A program made the position numbers and the translations under genes. From IMG/VR virus record IMGVR_UViG_3300020050_013619, positions 1 through 64,000 of that record: DNA of 64,000 nt; one strand, 5' to 3'. The stretch comes from a virus (taxonomy: Duplodnaviria; Heunggongvirae; Uroviricota; Caudoviricetes). Under the pieces are notes generated by a model. That model did not search any database, was not told the DNA's origin, and saw nothing but the letters and a program-made list of their open reading frames with translations. Below, piece after piece: positions 19,003-29,578 of the stretch (the stretch's first letter is position 1; each line of letters starts with the position of its first letter).

Positions 19003-20217
19003 ATGTCAAATACGACTGAAAAAACAATATCGCAAGAAATCTCCCTTGCGGTTAAAAATAAGCCAAAGGAGATGACTTTTCGTAAGTTCGGCAAACAAAC
19101 ACAAGTCAAAGGCAAGCCGTTGGCTTATTCGTTGATGTCGGACATTAAGGAGGCGGTTAGCGAGATGAACATCTTGCGCCAAGGCTCAAGCGAGGCAGCA
19201 GCCATTGACCTTTCTTTTGGTGAATATGCCATCGAGCGTTGGGGTATTGGTTCATTGAGTGACTTTATGAATTTGTGTGGCATTGACCCTGCCAAAATCA
19301 CGGTTCAATCGCTTTACTCTTTGCCTGACCTCCCTGCGGACTCGCGCTGGATTTTGCCCGAAATTTTCCTTGACCCAATTCGCACAGGCTTCCGTCGCCC
19401 TGCAATGTTCACGGACTTGATTCGTGATACAGTGCCTGTGTCTCAATTGGAAGTAACCGTTCCGCAAATCAAAATGGCTGATGCAAACATGCAGAAGCTC
19501 AATGAGGGTGAAACAATCCCGATGGGTACGGTCTCTTATGGTGGCAAAACGGGTCGCTCGTTCAAAATTGGTCGCGGCTTCCGCTTTACGGATGAGGTCG
19601 TTATGTTCTCAACCATTCAAATGCTTGCTCCATTCCTTGAGGACTTGGGTGTTCGTATGAATATGAGTCAGAACGCCTTGGCGGTCAAGATGCTCATCGA
19701 GGGCGAAACAACGGCAAATGCGGCGGCAACAATCGGTGTCAAAGACACAGGTGTGGGCTTCCAATACCGTGACTTCTTGTACGCACACGCACAGTTCGAG
19801 CGTATCGGTCGCAGTGCAGACGTGTCGTTGGTGGACGTAAACACTTACGTTGACATCAAAGATATGCCTGAGGTCAAAGGTTTGATTGGTACGAATCAGT
19901 TGCTTCGCGTGGATGCAGACGTAAAAACGTTGGCAAGTCAATCAATGCGTATCCACGGTTTGATGCCTGCTGGTAAAATCATGTTTGTGGACAAAATGAA
20001 CGCTTTGCGCCGTTTGATGGTCAAACCATTGATGGTTGAGAGTGACCGCATTGTGTCAAAACAAAGCACAGAGGTTGTGGCAACCGCAATCTTGGGCTTT
20101 ATGACAATCTTGCGTGATGGTCGCTTCTTGATGGATGCGGCGTTAGACGTTGCCGACAACGATTTCCCAACTTGGATGAATCCTTCGGCTTACGAGTCTG
20201 CGACTTTCGAGGAGTAA
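19003..20217 (+). CDS. putative major capsid protein
   Basis: 404 aa, after the scaffold gene; leader motif upstream; strong terminator downstream; codon usage typical of a highly expressed gene. Confidence 0.5.
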   Translation: MSNTTEKTISQEISLAVKNKPKEMTFRKFGKQTQVKGKPLAYSLMSDIKEAVSEMNILRQGSSEAAAIDLSFGEYAIERWGIGSLSDFMNLCGIDPAKITVQSLYSLPDLPADSRWILPEIFLDPIRTGFRRPAMFTDLIRDTVPVSQLEVTVPQIKMADANMQKLNEGETIPMGTVSYGGKTGRSFKIGRGFRFTDEVVMFSTIQMLAPFLEDLGVRMNMSQNALAVKMLIEGETTANAAATIGVKDTGVGFQYRDFLYAHAQFERIGRSADVSLVDVNTYVDIKDMPEVKGLIGTNQLLRVDADVKTLASQSMRIHGLMPAGKIMFVDKMNALRRLMVKPLMVESDRIVSKQSTEVVATAILGFMTILRDGRFLMDAALDVADNDFPTWMNPSAYESATFEE

Positions 20218-20242
20218 TCATTTTTGAAATAGAATATAGTAA

Positions 20243-20290
20243 AAAAGGGGTGGTTAAGTTTTTAACTTTTCTACCCCTTTTTCAAAAAGA
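20243..20290 (+). terminator. intrinsic terminator after the capsid gene
   Basis: AAAAGGGGTGG...CTACCCCTTTTTT hairpin. Confidence 0.6.
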
Positions 20291-20325
20291 CATTATTTTT
20301 TCAAAAACAATAATCTATTTCTGAC

Positions 20326-20670
20326 ATGAAAAAGAATTCTAAAAAAGTTGACAAAACAAAAACGTTGCCGTTGGAGACCGCTGAAACAGTATTGCCTGAA
20401 CCAACAGAGGTGGCACCGCTTGGCGACAAAGAAGTACCTGTTATCGTCATTGATGAAATTGCAGATGCACTCAAAGCCGAACCAACAGAGGAAAAGATTT
20501 GGATAAAATTACTCGATACGGGTTCATGCTGGGGTGTCGGTAAGTACCACCTTGCCAATCGCCAGGTTAAGCAAGTACCTTTTGATAATATTGTCAGATT
20601 GGGTATTCGCGACAAAGCCATCGTTCAGATAACTGAACAAGAGGCAAATGATATTTTAGCCAAAAAATAA
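20326..20670 (+). CDS. hypothetical protein (114 aa)
   Basis: ORF in the late block. Confidence 0.4.
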   Translation: MKKNSKKVDKTKTLPLETAETVLPEPTEVAPLGDKEVPVIVIDEIADALKAEPTEEKIWIKLLDTGSCWGVGKYHLANRQVKQVPFDNIVRLGIRDKAIVQITEQEANDILAKK

Positions 20671-20714
20671 GTTGCAAAGTCAAATTTCTCTCATTTATAT
20701 CGAATTAAAGGTGA

Positions 20715-21368
20715 TTGCTGTTTCGGCAGTTACCTTTTTTTAATGATTCTTTCAAATTCTTTCAATCACCACTCAGTATGCCAAATCACAATACCAGCCG
20801 AACTGTTTTGCAATTGATTGCGGTAAGACTGCCGCAAGTTGACACAACGGACACGGATATTATAGCGACAATGTCCACCATCACTTTTGATGTCATGTCC
20901 GAATTAGAGAAATGCTTTAAGGTGCGCTATCGGTCTTTTACTGAGGGGGTCATTGTGTATAATGAGCAAGTGATAGAAAATGAGGAAATAGGCAATATAG
21001 GGAATGAGGATTTTTACACCAATGCTGAAAAGTCCATCATTGCCGATATGGTGTGTATGCAGTGGATTTTCTCGGATGCTGTCAATCGCTCATCTACCAT
21101 TACAAGTACAACAGCACCCACTTTTGTAAAAAAGGCTAAAGCAGGCAGCGCAGAGGTCGAATACGATAAGGCAGACAGTAAGACTTTGCCTTTCTTGATT
21201 GATGCAGGCAAAATGATGGACAAATTCAAGGCAGATGCACAACGAAAGGCTTTATCGCTTGGCTGTGTGATTGATATTTGTGATGACTGTACTTACAAAG
21301 CGTACCTGTCAAATCCTGCGGCTTTCATACCAATCAATTTCTTAGTTGTCCGTTCTGGATGCTCATAA
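20715..21368 (+). CDS. hypothetical head/neck protein (217 aa)
   Basis: ORF in the morphogenesis block. Confidence 0.4.
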   Translation: MLFRQLPFFNDSFKFFQSPLSMPNHNTSRTVLQLIAVRLPQVDTTDTDIIATMSTITFDVMSELEKCFKVRYRSFTEGVIVYNEQVIENEEIGNIGNEDFYTNAEKSIIADMVCMQWIFSDAVNRSSTITSTTAPTFVKKAKAGSAEVEYDKADSKTLPFLIDAGKMMDKFKADAQRKALSLGCVIDICDDCTYKAYLSNPAAFIPINFLVVRSGCS

Positions 21369-21380
21369 ATATAATAACAA

Positions 21381-21827
21381 ATGCCATCACTGATTTCACC
21401 ACAGCAGTTTGAGAATATATACGACTCAATAAGAGATGTTACAGATACATTCTTTACAACGTCTGTCACTTACCGCCTTGCAAAGCCTAAGATTGACCGC
21501 TACGGCGAAGGTCAGAATACAGGCTCAACGGCTTCGTTCGATGATAAGACAATGCTGTGTATGGTAGAATACGGCTTAGAAGATATTGACGGACAAGTCA
21601 TTGGGTCGGCAAACTTTCAAAATGCCAGACTGACATTCAACAGTGAGGTATGGGCAAGTAATGGGCTTTACACAAACGGTGTGCTGTCCACCAACGGCAC
21701 AAAAGACTATGTCATTGCCAACGGACGGACTTATAAGGTGTTGCAAATAACACCCGACGGACCATTTGAAACGCAGAATGTATTAATTGTCGTCACGGCT
21801 GTCTTACAGCCACAAACAACGATGTAA
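21381..21827 (+). CDS. hypothetical neck/connector protein (148 aa)
   Basis: Position in the block; contiguous with neighbouring ORFs. Confidence 0.4.
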   Translation: MPSLISPQQFENIYDSIRDVTDTFFTTSVTYRLAKPKIDRYGEGQNTGSTASFDDKTMLCMVEYGLEDIDGQVIGSANFQNARLTFNSEVWASNGLYTNGVLSTNGTKDYVIANGRTYKVLQITPDGPFETQNVLIVVTAVLQPQTTM

Positions 21828-22315
21828 TGAGTGTACGCAGAACAGGTAATTGGAGGGGTATATCGCGCTTCATGGGCGAATTACCTAAGACCTTACAGGA
21901 ATCTCGGCAACTGTCCTTGCGCCGTTGGTCACTCAAAGCAGAGGGATTGGCAAAAGGTCACATGAGTGCGCAGGACTTAGGCTGGACACCTTTAGCGGCA
22001 AAAACCGTTGCAGCGAAACTAAGGAAAGGGCAATCCGAATTAATACTCATTGCGACATCGTCTTATTTTCAGTCCATTACATCGTGGGCGACCAATGACA
22101 AGGCTTTGGTTGGTGTTCGGCGAGGCATTCGCGGCAAAGATGGGCAATTGATTGAAGTCGTTGCACGCACGCACGAGTTTGGCGCACCTGCTAAAAACAT
22201 TGTGGCACGTCCACTTTGGAAGCCTGTTTTAGACGAGACCATGAAGTGGCACAATAACAACAACCGACCTGAATATCTATTCAGATTGGCAGCTAAAAAA
22301 ATACTCAACGCATGA
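21827..22315 (+). CDS. hypothetical neck/tail-completion protein (162 aa)
   Basis: ATGA overlap with the upstream gene; position in the block. Confidence 0.4.
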   Translation: MSVRRTGNWRGISRFMGELPKTLQESRQLSLRRWSLKAEGLAKGHMSAQDLGWTPLAAKTVAAKLRKGQSELILIATSSYFQSITSWATNDKALVGVRRGIRGKDGQLIEVVARTHEFGAPAKNIVARPLWKPVLDETMKWHNNNNRPEYLFRLAAKKILNA

Positions 22316-22998
22316 CAACTTATTCGCTGGAGCAATTGGATCGTACGATTTTCGAACACCTACGCCTTGAGGTTGTGCGCGCGGGCTACCTGCCCGATAT
22401 TACGCAATACACAACAGGCACGGCTTGGCAGGCGGCACGCAATACACTGAGGGGTACAATCGGCGGTCAATTGATTGACGTATTTGGCGTAGGCAGTGGC
22501 GATGAGAGAGAGGAATTGACAGGTGCAAAAATCATTGTCAACCGCACAGATGAACGCAATGGAGACATTGGCGCAGGCGGTACAATTATGACACCTATTG
22601 TAGGTGGTTTTACGAAGTCCACCTTACCACAAACGTGTTCAAGCATCACTTATGAGATTGTTATCAATGCGGACAGCGTCAAGTATGAAAGGCTGATGTC
22701 AAACATTGTAAGTCGGGCATTTGGTAAGATGAAGCACATAGCGGTTGCCAATTCAAACGGCTCATTGAGTAGCACCCACAGGCTTTTTATTCGGTTGGTT
22801 CAAAAATTCGACCAATCTAATTTGAATTTTCTACAAAAACTATGCACTTTCATAGTGGACGATATATTCCTATCAACAGACGTGACGGTTAACGATGTGG
22901 ATATAGTGCCAATCAATTCGATTGAATTTGTGATTTACGCACGCAGCGTATCGGGTAAAATTCCCGAATCGCTTGTAACAACGGAATATCAAAATTAA
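22312..22998 (+). CDS. hypothetical structural protein (228 aa)
   Basis: ATGA overlap with the upstream gene; its 3' end encodes the CAACGGAATATCA motif. Confidence 0.4.
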   Translation: MTTYSLEQLDRTIFEHLRLEVVRAGYLPDITQYTTGTAWQAARNTLRGTIGGQLIDVFGVGSGDEREELTGAKIIVNRTDERNGDIGAGGTIMTPIVGGFTKSTLPQTCSSITYEIVINADSVKYERLMSNIVSRAFGKMKHIAVANSNGSLSSTHRLFIRLVQKFDQSNLNFLQKLCTFIVDDIFLSTDVTVNDVDIVPINSIEFVIYARSVSGKIPESLVTTEYQN

Positions 22999-23006
22999 TA
23001 TTCAGT

Positions 23007-24185
23007 ATGGCTTTAGACACACGACACGGTGTTACATACATTAAAAAAACGAGGGCGCAAATTGAAGCGTTGCGATTGGCTGGCGAGCTTATCGCTGGTT
23101 GTCTGTATGAAACAACGGATGAACCAAATGGTGAACCTCGGCGTGGTCGTGCCGTAAAGGTGGATAAAATACTGTGGGACGCAAGGATATACGATGAGGA
23201 ATACGACAGTGACCAAGATGCAATGGATAGAGGCAATTTAAGTGTTGGCGATTCTTATATTTTAAGCGCGAACAATGAAGTCGGTATTCCTGGCATACAC
23301 AAGAAGATATTGGCAGCGATTGTTTTTATTATTATGTCCATCGCATCGTCAAATGCTCAAATCGTACAGCGTTCGGGATTGCCCAATGTAAACCCAACAA
23401 CCAACGGTGCATACATTTGGCACGATACGCTGAATAAGCAGTTGTTTCAGTATAAGCGTCCGAAATGGTACTTGTTGAGCACTATTATCAATGAGACAGA
23501 ACCCGCATTTGAGTCAACGACAAGCGGCGTGACCGTTAGCAATACTGAGGCAGAGTGGTATAAGCCTTCATTGGGTCGGTACAAATACCAAAACAGCAAG
23601 TGGACAGCTTACGGACAAATAAGTAGTGAATCTGCACCAACTATCAGCACCTCAACTGTAAATAATGCACAGGCGACGTGGTATAAACCCTCAACGGGCA
23701 AATATTACAGGGTGTCGGGTTCAGCATGGGTCAATAACGACAATGTAAATCTTGATAGCCTTGTAACTATCCACTATGAGCAAACGATACTTGGTAAAAA
23801 GCGATTTGCCGATACAGTAAAAGCGGATAAAGGCTTGATTTCAAGCGGATTAATTGACAGCAAAGGTGTAAAAAGCGATGGGAGTTCAACCGTTGCGGCG
23901 ATAAATGCAAACGGTGTTCAAAAATCTGCAACGGTTACAATTACAGGCAATGCAACGCTCGACGGTACTTACAATACCATCTATGCAAACACGGCAAGCG
24001 GAAATATTACCGTTACGCTCCCCTCAGTAACAAGCAATAATACAGGATGGTCATACAGTATCATGAAAACATCGTCGTCAAATACGCTTTTCATCGCTCG
24101 ACCGTCATCATCTGCAATAACAATAGTAAGTAACAATTATTCAATCACAGTAAAAAATAACGGTACATCATGGGAAGTACAGTAA
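23007..24185 (+). CDS. putative fibre/structural protein with WYKPSxG repeats
   Basis: Internal repeats AEWYKPSLGRYKY and ATWYKPSTGKYYR; Ser/Thr/Asn-rich. Confidence 0.45.
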   Translation: MALDTRHGVTYIKKTRAQIEALRLAGELIAGCLYETTDEPNGEPRRGRAVKVDKILWDARIYDEEYDSDQDAMDRGNLSVGDSYILSANNEVGIPGIHKKILAAIVFIIMSIASSNAQIVQRSGLPNVNPTTNGAYIWHDTLNKQLFQYKRPKWYLLSTIINETEPAFESTTSGVTVSNTEAEWYKPSLGRYKYQNSKWTAYGQISSESAPTISTSTVNNAQATWYKPSTGKYYRVSGSAWVNNDNVNLDSLVTIHYEQTILGKKRFADTVKADKGLISSGLIDSKGVKSDGSSTVAAINANGVQKSATVTITGNATLDGTYNTIYANTASGNITVTLPSVTSNNTGWSYSIMKTSSSNTLFIARPSSSAITIVSNNYSITVKNNGTSWEVQ

Positions 24186-25264
24186 GAATTTATAGTCTCA
24201 TTGCAGCGTGTATGCTGCTTTTTTCAGTAACAGCTTCGGCACAGTTAATGCCAACTTCAACGATTTGGGGGAATAGTAAAATACCTATGCGTACAACGGG
24301 CGATGATACGCTCGGTTACGCAAAACTCGCAGACTTGAAAAGCTACTTTGCGGCTGGCTTGGCTGGGGGTACGGTTACGAGTGTGGCGGTTAGTGTTCCG
24401 ACAGGATTGAGTGTTTCAGGTTCGCCTATAACATCGTCTGGCACAATCGCAATTACAAGCAATATGTCGGCTGGTTATGTATCAAGTTCGGGTGTTGGTG
24501 GTTCGCTTACTTCATCTGCAACCATACCAACTACGGCGTTAAGTGGTACGATTACAAACGCTCAACTTGCTGGGAGTATTGACCTCACAACAAAAGTGAC
24601 AGGTGTTCTACCTGTTGCGAATGGTGGTTCGGGTGCTTCGACGTTGACGGGATATTTGAAAGGTAACGGCACGTCTGCGTTTACGGCAGCTTCGACTGTT
24701 CCTACTTCGGACTTGTCGGGTACGGTTTCAAACGCTCAGCTCGCAAATAGTACCGTTGCTGTTTCGGCTGGAACAAGTGGCTCGGACGTAGGTATTTCGG
24801 GTTCGCCTGTTGCGCTTGGTGGAACGGTTACGATTAACATTCCTGATGCTGGGGCAAGTGCACGAGGGTTGGTGACAACTGGCACACAAACAATCGCTGG
24901 GGCAAAAACGCTAACAGGTAATACAACTATAAGCGGCACACTAACAAGCTCATCTAAGACAACGCTTTCGGGTGCACTTGTGGACGGTACGGCGGCGATT
25001 AGTAGCACAACAACACTATCAAGTACAAGCAATGTCGTTTTTGCTGATGCAACTTCGGCGGCGTTTACAGTCACTTTACCTGCCGCGAATGAGGCTGGGC
25101 GAACAATTAAGGTAATTCGTACCAACACAAACGGCAATAATCTGACAATTACAAGGGCGGGAACTGACACGATACAGGGGGCAACATCAGTAGTTGTGTC
25201 ATCCCCTACAACTATTACGCTTCGTTCGGATGGCACGTCGAAATGGTATTATGAGTTTAACTAA
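24170..25264 (+). CDS. Ser/Thr/Gly-rich repeat protein with N-terminal signal peptide (fibre-like)
   Basis: MGSTVRIYSLIAACMLLFSVTASAQ signal-like N-terminus; repeats SGTITNAQLAGS and SGTVSNAQLANS. Confidence 0.45.
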   Translation: MGSTVRIYSLIAACMLLFSVTASAQLMPTSTIWGNSKIPMRTTGDDTLGYAKLADLKSYFAAGLAGGTVTSVAVSVPTGLSVSGSPITSSGTIAITSNMSAGYVSSSGVGGSLTSSATIPTTALSGTITNAQLAGSIDLTTKVTGVLPVANGGSGASTLTGYLKGNGTSAFTAASTVPTSDLSGTVSNAQLANSTVAVSAGTSGSDVGISGSPVALGGTVTINIPDAGASARGLVTTGTQTIAGAKTLTGNTTISGTLTSSSKTTLSGALVDGTAAISSTTTLSSTSNVVFADATSAAFTVTLPAANEAGRTIKVIRTNTNGNNLTITRAGTDTIQGATSVVVSSPTTITLRSDGTSKWYYEFN

Positions 25265-25274
25265 AAAATAGTCT

Positions 25275-27554
25275 ATGAAATTACGTTTTCTCATATTGGC
25301 ACTTTGCTTTTTCTCGATTGGTTCGCTTTTCGGGCAAAAGCAATACCCTTTCAGAACGGTTGATAATGATAGTGTTGGATACTCGGATGAATCAGCACTT
25401 GCGCCCGATTGGTTGATATGGAAAGTCGGAGGTAACACGGTGTCGGCGAACAGCGTGTTTGGTACAAATGCGGCGTATGATTTGATTTTTAGAACCAATT
25501 CGACGGAAAGAATGCGGATTCTTTCGGGTGGAAGTGTGGGAATAGGCACAACAGGAAACAGCTTAATTAGATTAGCCGTATCCGCGGCTGATAATACGTC
25601 GTCGGGGTATTCGCTTACAGCAGAAAACAGTGACGGGAATGCAGGATTGGCGGTACGTAACGACAGTCGAGTTGGGATTAATACGTACAATCCAAGAGGG
25701 GCTTTGGAGGTTAGAGGGAATATGTACTTAACAACAATGTTAACAGGCAGTAGTTCTGATAGCATTGTTACGACATTGTCGGGGTTAATCAACAAGCGTA
25801 GCATAGAAGATGTGGTAGGATGGAAATACAACGGCGCGGGGACAAATATATATAATGCTAATTCGGGGGGCATAACAATCGGAAGCACATCCGCACCTCT
25901 GTCGGGCTACAAACTCGATATTCACGGCGGGGCGATAACAAGGAGTACTACGCCAAATTCGGCTACAGTGTACGGTTATAACACAGCGACGTCTGGACAA
26001 AATTACGGGGTTTTTGGTCAATTGACAGAGACAAATGCGAGCGGTTGGGGTATTGGCGTTTATGGTTCTGCGACAGGCGTAACAAGTAAGAACGTAGGTG
26101 TTATTGGCGTTGCAACAAATGCTACAAGTAATATACAATTATTACTTGGTACAAGTGCTGTCCCAACTGGGAATTTCGCTATCTACTCGGCATCGGCGCA
26201 TCTATCAAGACTGGCGGGCGAATTACAATTAACTGTACTGAATAGCGGTGCAATTACTGACAGCACCGTGACAGTAGATGCAACAGGGGTTTTGAAAAAG
26301 CGTACAGTTGCATCACTTGTTGCAACATACCTTTCCGCAAACGGTATAATCACACCGACTATACGCCTAACCACAGGCGCAACAAATGGCTACATCGCAA
26401 CAAGTGATGCAAGCGGAAACCTTAGCTGGACAAATCCGACAAGCATCACAACCGCTACACCCACACTTGCCGCAGTCGTCGCAGTCAATAACAATGCAAA
26501 TAATCCTATCAATTTTCCTTACGGAAGTGGCATCGGTGCAGGAATTGCAACCGAAACTTATAGCCGCTGGGGGCAAAATCGTCACAGATTCGGATTGAAC
26601 GTGGGAAGCGCAGCAGACCAGTACAGTAATGGTAACGCCACAACATCGTTAAGCGGTTACGGCGGCGTAAATCTTGTTACAACGGATTCGACACGGCTAA
26701 GAATTAATGATGCTGGTTTTGTAGGCATTAACACTATTAATCCATCTGCATTGCTGGACGTTAACGGATTGGCAAAAACTTCAACTCTGCAAGTCACAAC
26801 ACTCAACATCGCCGCAAGCGGAGATGCGTTTGTAATGCACGCATCTGGCTTGATGAAATCATTATCGAGACAATCTGTTATGCTCACAGGGGGGAATATA
26901 CCCGCAGGTGAAATAACCTTTGGAACTGCCAATAATCAAGATGTTACATTAATACGGAACAATGCGTACAGGCTTAATTTATTGGCAAATACAGCGTCTT
27001 TTTTGAATAATGAGTATATGGAAATACTCACCAACACGGCAAATAAGCCAAGTTTGCGCTTTTCGAGCAATGGCGTTACAGGCGATTGGCATACAGCGAA
27101 TAGTATAGCAACGTCGGTATCTGTTGCCAATAACGGCGACATTTTATATTCTCCAAACGCTTCTACGCTATCCCTAAAGGTTAACGACAAACGAAAAGAC
27201 ATTGCGTTTGGTGTTAATACAAAACAGCTATTCAACTCATCATTCACGGACGGTTCTGATAGTTCTTTTGTGACCATATCGGACACAACAAGAACGCTTA
27301 GGGTTACAAATTCGGGTGTAACATCGCACGCTCGAATCAATATGCCGCAAAACCCTCAAAACGATGTCAAAATAACGGTTTTAATTCAGTCTGCACCAAC
27401 AGACCTAAATTTCAAAATCGTAAGTGGTGTCACAGGGCAGTCTTTTGTAACGACGACCATCTTTACGCCTGCAGCTGGCGATGTGTATGAGATTTGGTTC
27501 GATTCAGATACCGAGGGGGCAGTTGGTGGGAAATGGTATATTAAGAAATTATAA
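25275..27554 (+). CDS. large beta-rich fibre-like protein with N-terminal signal peptide (759 aa)
   Basis: MKLRFLILALCFFSIGSLFGQ signal-like N-terminus; Gly/Thr/Asn/Ser-rich. Confidence 0.5.
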   Translation: MKLRFLILALCFFSIGSLFGQKQYPFRTVDNDSVGYSDESALAPDWLIWKVGGNTVSANSVFGTNAAYDLIFRTNSTERMRILSGGSVGIGTTGNSLIRLAVSAADNTSSGYSLTAENSDGNAGLAVRNDSRVGINTYNPRGALEVRGNMYLTTMLTGSSSDSIVTTLSGLINKRSIEDVVGWKYNGAGTNIYNANSGGITIGSTSAPLSGYKLDIHGGAITRSTTPNSATVYGYNTATSGQNYGVFGQLTETNASGWGIGVYGSATGVTSKNVGVIGVATNATSNIQLLLGTSAVPTGNFAIYSASAHLSRLAGELQLTVLNSGAITDSTVTVDATGVLKKRTVASLVATYLSANGIITPTIRLTTGATNGYIATSDASGNLSWTNPTSITTATPTLAAVVAVNNNANNPINFPYGSGIGAGIATETYSRWGQNRHRFGLNVGSAADQYSNGNATTSLSGYGGVNLVTTDSTRLRINDAGFVGINTINPSALLDVNGLAKTSTLQVTTLNIAASGDAFVMHASGLMKSLSRQSVMLTGGNIPAGEITFGTANNQDVTLIRNNAYRLNLLANTASFLNNEYMEILTNTANKPSLRFSSNGVTGDWHTANSIATSVSVANNGDILYSPNASTLSLKVNDKRKDIAFGVNTKQLFNSSFTDGSDSSFVTISDTTRTLRVTNSGVTSHARINMPQNPQNDVKITVLIQSAPTDLNFKIVSGVTGQSFVTTTIFTPAAGDVYEIWFDSDTEGAVGGKWYIKKL

Positions 27555-27565
27555 AAATATAAGTT

Positions 27566-28099
27566 ATGAAAAAAGTATTCATTTTATTCTTAGCCTTATT
27601 TGCGCTTCAATTGCAAGCGCAAAAATTTGAGTTCCCACAAGGAATCGTTTTGCGCATTGAACTTGATTCAATCACCGAAAACGCTGCCTTTGTTCGGTCT
27701 TTTAAAATCACAAATAAGAAAGATACATTGTTGACACAATTACGTGTTACAGCAAAAGTCAACGGTAATTTTAACACCAACCAAGACAGTTCTGAGTTCA
27801 ACTTCAATATGACATTTGAAGGTGTGCTCGATAGCGCAAAAGGTATTAAAAGATTTGAAAAGGACTTATTTGAGCAAAAACAGGCTCAGATAAGACGTGA
27901 AGAAGCTAAATTGTTGAAGTTGTATGAAAAGAACAAAGACGTATCGCCTTTGCTTAGGGAGAAAAACGCCCAGCCTAAACAACAGCAAAACATTGTACCA
28001 AAGTCATACGGCAGCACGTCATTAGCTAAACCAAACCCAACACATACATTGCTTATTCAGTCTAAAAAAGACGATTATCCACCTCAAAAACGAAATTAA
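27566..28099 (+). CDS. secreted protein (177 aa)
   Basis: MKKVFILFLALFALQLQAQ signal peptide. Confidence 0.45.
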   Translation: MKKVFILFLALFALQLQAQKFEFPQGIVLRIELDSITENAAFVRSFKITNKKDTLLTQLRVTAKVNGNFNTNQDSSEFNFNMTFEGVLDSAKGIKRFEKDLFEQKQAQIRREEAKLLKLYEKNKDVSPLLREKNAQPKQQQNIVPKSYGSTSLAKPNPTHTLLIQSKKDDYPPQKRN

Positions 28100-28100
28100 A

Positions 28101-28319
28101 ATGATGCTGCGTGTAACGACAAATGACCTACTGCAACTGATTGAGCAATCAGAAAACTCTATTTCTGAAAAGTCAGAAATGGAAAAAATGATTAAAGACA
28201 ACGGCGACGAGTTTGTCGCTGAACAAGTTGAAGGTGGTGTATTGTGCATATTCAAAGACGAATCAGAATTTATCATCAAGGGCATAACAATGTCTCAAAT
28301 TTTCAATAACAAGCGATGA
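28101..28319 (+). CDS. hypothetical small protein (72 aa)
   Basis: ORF only. Confidence 0.3.
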   Translation: MMLRVTTNDLLQLIEQSENSISEKSEMEKMIKDNGDEFVAEQVEGGVLCIFKDESEFIIKGITMSQIFNNKR

Positions 28320-28876
28320 AAAAAATACTTTTAATCTTATTAACGCTATCCGTTTTCGTTGCTAAAGCGCAAGAAGTAGATAGCGCATACTCAAAAACAG
28401 TATCCACTGTAACGGCGGTGCATGACGGCGACAGCTACAAAGTGCAAACCATTTTTGCCAACTATGACAGCACAAGCGAAAGTATTGTACTTGATACTTT
28501 GTCAGAGTGGGTACGCATTATGGGTGTTGATTGCCCCGAAGTTATCAGTAACCACATCACAGCTAATCAACCCAAAGGCGTTGAAATTGGTGATTCGTTA
28601 CGGCTTTTACTAAAGGGTAAAAAGGTAGTTGTAACGACTTTCGGCAAGGATATTTACCGCCGAACGCTTGCAACGATACAATTGGACAGTATAGATATTT
28701 CGGCGTTAATCCTTTCTAAGGGCTGGGGTTGGTATATAAGTAGTAGTTTACCTAATGACACACGAAAGCATTATCAAAAGTTACGTGATACGGCAAAAAA
28801 GAAAAAATTAGGTGTTTGGTCTGACAAAAGCCCGACAGAACCTAAAAAATGGCGGCGTTCATATTGGAGAGAGTAA
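28316..28876 (+). CDS. secreted thermonuclease (staphylococcal nuclease / SNase-like)
   Basis: Signal peptide MKKILLILLTLSVFVAKAQ; SNase motifs DGDSYKV, RIMGVDCPE and YGKDIYRRTLA. Confidence 0.75.
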   Translation: MKKILLILLTLSVFVAKAQEVDSAYSKTVSTVTAVHDGDSYKVQTIFANYDSTSESIVLDTLSEWVRIMGVDCPEVISNHITANQPKGVEIGDSLRLLLKGKKVVVTTFGKDIYRRTLATIQLDSIDISALILSKGWGWYISSSLPNDTRKHYQKLRDTAKKKKLGVWSDKSPTEPKKWRRSYWRE

Positions 28877-29042
28877 AAATCATTATTCACCTGTTAAATT
28901 AAAAGAAAATAAATACAGCTATCATCATCGGTATTTTGTTTGTCGTCTGTATTATTGGCGGCGCAACTTTTTGGTATTTTTCGGTAGCTAAAGACGGTGC
29001 GGAAAATATACCCGATACAAAGGAAAGTGAAAACGGTTTACT

Positions 29043-29552
29043 ATGACCTACACAATCCAAAAGGGCGAACATTACAGTTCGCCTCGTACCAACTTACTAC
29101 CCCTCAGTACACACACGGTTGAAGCGACTTGGGTTTTTGACGAAAGCGTAAAATACCAAGCCGATGAGGAAAACGACCAAAATAAATTGTTTGGCATTTG
29201 GTTCATGCCACCGATTTCTTGGATTTTCAAGAATCCGACGAAAATGACACGGTATAACTGCGCAATGGTGACATTCAGATGGAAAGATGGTCGGTTGGAA
29301 TTATCGCCCTACCTACATAGGAATGGTAGTTTAGAATATGCCGAAAAATTAGGCGGCGCGATTATTCCTTGTGAAATTGGACAACCAATCGCAACACGTA
29401 TTCAAGTGCTTTCAAACTTAGTTCTTTTTCAAATTAACGATAAGAATTTTGTTTATGAGTTCCCAAAACACAATAGCCTGGCGTTTACCGTTCAACCGTA
29501 TTTTGGCGGTCAAGCAGTTGCGCCACACGATATTTTAATTCAAAAAACGTAA
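29043..29552 (+). CDS. hypothetical protein (169 aa)
   Basis: ORF only. Confidence 0.4.
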   Translation: MTYTIQKGEHYSSPRTNLLPLSTHTVEATWVFDESVKYQADEENDQNKLFGIWFMPPISWIFKNPTKMTRYNCAMVTFRWKDGRLELSPYLHRNGSLEYAEKLGGAIIPCEIGQPIATRIQVLSNLVLFQINDKNFVYEFPKHNSLAFTVQPYFGGQAVAPHDILIQKT

Positions 29553-29578
29553 TTTAATCATCATTAAAAAACTCGATA

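Noticed and set aside
19252-20159. Minus-strand ORFs inside the capsid gene (19252..19467, 19609..19941, 19938..20159)
   Set aside because: Antisense to a long ORF with strong codon bias typical of a highly expressed gene.
24736-27340. Long minus-strand ORFs (24736..25236, 25199..25888, 25785..26138, 26183..26585, 26657..27340) across the fibre-like genes
   Set aside because: Ser/Thr/Gly/Ala-rich coding sequence produces long open antisense frames; the plus-strand genes are contiguous, with signal peptides and repeats.
28921-29046. Open frame encoding a hydrophobic peptide (IIIGILFVVCIIGGATFWYF...) before the 29043 gene
   Set aside because: No ATG/GTG/TTG start codon before the upstream in-frame stop; cannot be called a gene from the sequence alone.
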